DNA of 64,000 nt, taken from positions 26,604-90,603 of the forward strand of contig DOMK01000001.1 of assembly GCA_003510435.1 (NCBI GenBank), given 5' to 3'. Shown here piece after piece: positions 61,412-64,000 of this stretch. Below the pieces are notes generated by a model. It saw only the letters and a list, made by a program, of their open reading frames with translations, was not told where the DNA came from and did not search any database. The position numbers and the translations under genes were made by a program. Source of the stretch: Candidatus Magasanikiibacteriota bacterium. GTDB lineage: Bacteria > Patescibacteriota > Patescibacteriia > Magasanikbacterales > UBA922. Each line of letters opens with the position of its first letter. Positions within the stretch are counted from its first letter, which is position 1.

Positions 61412-62431
61412 TTATTTTTTTATTATTTTATACACCCCTGCCTTTTTCCCAGAAATTAATACTGAGAAATTTTGTTCTAATATAAATTTATCAGTAAAGT
61501 CTTTTAATAAATCTAAAAATAATTCTCTCTGCCCCAACAATACAACCGCCACGCCACCTGGTTTTAAAACTCTAAAAAATGATTGAAGCATCTGGGTGTA
61601 AAATATATTTAATTCACTCTCGCTCTTTTTATTAAAAATCCCCCACGGTGGATCAGTCACAATTTTATCAATTGAATTATTAGCAATACTGGGCAAAACC
61701 AAAGCATCACCATTATATACTTCAATTTTCAAATTCATCCTTTGGACATTAGTTTGCAAATAATTAACTAGTTTTTTATCATTGTCCGTGGCAATCACGC
61801 GCGTATACTTATTTATTTTTACCCGCTCAATCGGAATCGCACCCGAGCCAACAAACGGATCCAAAAAAACATCAGTCTTATTCATGTCTGACAATTGACA
61901 CAAAATATTTGTCACTTCGGGACGGAGTTCACCTTGTTGAAGACTCTTGGCTGAATCATGGTTGTGAGTAATCCGCATACCAAAAAATCCCCTGCCTTCA
62001 CTCCGCAATAATATCCAAAATTCAATATCAGGTTTTTTTCGATTAGTTCTATATTTGGTAAAGTATTTTATTTTTTCTTCCAATTTTATTAAAAGCGTAT
62101 TGTCCACGGCTGACAATTGATTTTCTTTGGAAGTAATAATGCGAAAAGTTTTTTGTCTCACTGACAAAACCGGAATATTAAGCTTGGCATTATTCACCAA
62201 TTCATTAAGCATTAAATCTAAGGATAAATTTTTGTCAGAAAATTCTTTTATGAGAATAAAAGTATTATTTACAAACCGTAATTCTTTTACTTTGTTTACA
62301 TCTGTCGTAGTAGTATAAACAACTAACCCGTCCAAAAGTAAAACAATCTTGGTTTTATCCAGAGATTTAATTAGAAAATCTTTGACGGCATTTTCAAAAC
62401 CGCTTACAAATGTTGAATAATAGATGTACAT
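61412..62431 (-). CDS. RNA methyltransferase (Trm11/UPF0020-like); start moved to 62431
   Basis: LDPFVGSGAIPIE, IVTDPPWG. Confidence 0.8.
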   Translation of the reverse strand: MYIYYSTFVSGFENAVKDFLIKSLDKTKIVLLLDGLVVYTTTTDVNKVKELRFVNNTFILIKEFSDKNLSLDLMLNELVNNAKLNIPVLSVRQKTFRIITSKENQLSAVDNTLLIKLEEKIKYFTKYRTNRKKPDIEFWILLRSEGRGFFGMRITHNHDSAKSLQQGELRPEVTNILCQLSDMNKTDVFLDPFVGSGAIPIERVKINKYTRVIATDNDKKLVNYLQTNVQRMNLKIEVYNGDALVLPSIANNSIDKIVTDPPWGIFNKKSESELNIFYTQMLQSFFRVLKPGGVAVVLLGQRELFLDLLKDFTDKFILEQNFSVLISGKKAGVYKIIKK

Positions 62432-62472
62432 AATAAGGAATAAGGAGAAAGGAATAAAAAAATATAATAAAC

Positions 62473-62559
62473 TCTGTTTGTTCTGTTTGTTCTGTTTGTT
62501 CTGTTTGTTCTGTTTGTTCTGTTTGTTCTGTTTGTTCTGTTTGTTCTGTTTGTTCTGTT
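62473..62559. repeat. Perfect 9-bp tandem repeat (TCTGTTTGT), about 9.5 units
   Basis: Read directly from the sequence. Confidence 0.95.
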
Positions 62560-62614
62560 GTAAAATTAACAACAGAAATAGCAGAATTGAGCGGAAAAAA
62601 ACAGAAAATAAAAT

Positions 62615-63220
62615 TTATAAATTATTTTCTTCTTTGTTATTTTTGCAAACAAAAGCTTTTCCATCATTAAACTTTTCCTTCCATTCTTCTGGATTGCCAT
62701 AATCAGCAAATTCACTGTACCAACCATGATGAAACTTTGGTTTATGAGCCGCTTTGATTGGACACCAATATCTCTCAGTTCGGCCAGCAATTTCTACCGC
62801 ATAAGCAAATAGACCACCAACATAGGTGCAATAAATGCAATGAATTTTTTGAATCCAATTGAGATAATCCAAAAACTGACGATCATAAACAATAAAATCT
62901 TTACGATTAACTTTTGGAATGTGAAAAAGAGGAAAGGCTACCATGTGATAAAGTGTTAGGAAAAAATCCAAAATAAAGGCCGGGATTATCATCATGTAAA
63001 TAAATGGCATGGACAATAAATGTCGAATATTTTGAGGAACAACATATTTCCAAGCCGGAATTTTGAAAGATTTATTTATTCGTTTAATTTCTTTTAAAAA
63101 CACGACTTTTCTACCAGAAAAATAAAAACCATACTTCTCAGCCAACTGATTATATTTATCTGACAACTGTTTGTTTAAAGAATTAATTTTCTCTATGATC
63201 TGTTTTATACTTTGGTTCAT
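62615..63220 (-). CDS. Conserved hypothetical membrane-associated protein
   Basis: CIYCTY, RTERYWCPIK. Confidence 0.7.
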   Translation of the reverse strand: MNQSIKQIIEKINSLNKQLSDKYNQLAEKYGFYFSGRKVVFLKEIKRINKSFKIPAWKYVVPQNIRHLLSMPFIYMMIIPAFILDFFLTLYHMVAFPLFHIPKVNRKDFIVYDRQFLDYLNWIQKIHCIYCTYVGGLFAYAVEIAGRTERYWCPIKAAHKPKFHHGWYSEFADYGNPEEWKEKFNDGKAFVCKNNKEENNL

Positions 63221-63223
63221 AAA

Positions 63224-64000
63224 TTAGTTATTTTTAAGAAATGCAAAAAATATTGGTGGAATAATCAAAATTATTAAACCACTTAAAAGAAAAGCCGTAC
63301 CCACAGAAAACAAATCTGACCAATAACCGACAATTGGTATTGTAATAGCTACACCCAATTGATAAACCAGAGCATTTATAGAATTCATAGTCGCTCGTTT
63401 TCTAGATTCACATTCTTCATTCCACAGATGCCCTAATATTGGACTGCGCAAGCCAAAAAAGAAAGAGGAAGTGGAAAATAATATTAACATAGTTAAGCCT
63501 GTTGTCCAAGTAGCAAAAATCAATAGCAAGGCTAATAATATTACCGACATTATCACTGTCCGTTTATTGCCAAATCGCTCGGATATAGCATGTGAAAAAT
63601 AAAAACCCAGTGAAGACAGGGCAAACTCAGCCGCGGTAGCATAACCAAACCACAAAATAGGAATATTTTTAAATTGAAAAAATAATTGACTCAAAAAATG
63701 AGTACTCTCACCAAACGACCAAGCCACTATTCCACCCAGCAAAATAAACATCAGTTGTTTATTTTTTAAAACATCTTTAGCAGATTCTAACATGTGTCCA
63801 TTTAAAGTTGCATCAGCTTTTTTTTCGTACGGTGGTTCATCAATAAAAAATATAATAATTAAAGCGATTAGAAACGGAAAAATTGTATAAAATATTGGAG
63901 TGCGAAGTGAGATGGTAGCCAAATATCCTCCAATCACGGAACTGATAGCCGCCCCAGCTGGCCAAATCGCCATATAAATTCCACTAATTTTTTTATATAA
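63224..64000 (-). CDS. MFS transporter, 5'-partial
   Basis: Frame open to the window edge; SERFGNKR, RATMNS, multiple TM helices. Confidence 0.85.
   Translation of the reverse strand, partial: LYKKISGIYMAIWPAGAAISSVIGGYLATISLRTPIFYTIFPFLIALIIIFFIDEPPYEKKADATLNGHMLESAKDVLKNKQLMFILLGGIVAWSFGESTHFLSQLFFQFKNIPILWFGYATAAEFALSSLGFYFSHAISERFGNKRTVIMSVILLALLLIFATWTTGLTMLILFSTSSFFFGLRSPILGHLWNEECESRKRATMNSINALVYQLGVAITIPIVGYWSDLFSVGTAFLLSGLIILIIPPIFFAFLKNN

Noticed and set aside
62432-62572. QNK-repeat N-terminal extension of the methyltransferase
   Set aside because: TTG start with repeat-derived sequence; ATG 62431 is more plausible.

Overview
AT-rich bacterial chromosome segment using the standard code (TGA is a stop). 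Gene content and the scarcity of Shine-Dalgarno sites suggest Patescibacteria/CPR, possibly the ABY1 group (inference). Nearly all genes from 1.8 kb onward are on the minus strand: cell wall/shape genes (ftsQ, Fem ligase, murF, mreBCD-mrdA), four aminoacyl-tRNA synthetases, greA, a UvrD/PD-(D/E)XK helicase-nuclease, a full F1Fo atp operon, an Rrf2-IscS-IscU-ferredoxin cluster and typA. No tRNA, rRNA, CRISPR array or transposase was seen. Main unexplained structure: (1) three small transposase-free gene cassettes (four-helix bundle, GxxExxY, GIY-YIG), each bracketed by its own type of inverted repeat, plus more than 25 gene-less palindromes, several clearly matching those arms, which fill gene junctions, overlap start/stop codons, insert in-frame into housekeeping proteins and host tiny nested palindromes; (2) a GC-rich orphan gene with a roughly 225-nt highly structured leader carrying repeated C-AAGA-G hairpins that occludes its own RBS and ATG; (3) three unannotated Cys-rich micro-ORFs (metallothionein-like); (4) an 11-6-11 dif-like palindrome at the strand-convergence point. 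All alignments and folds were done by eye, and repeat boundaries are approximate to a few bp.
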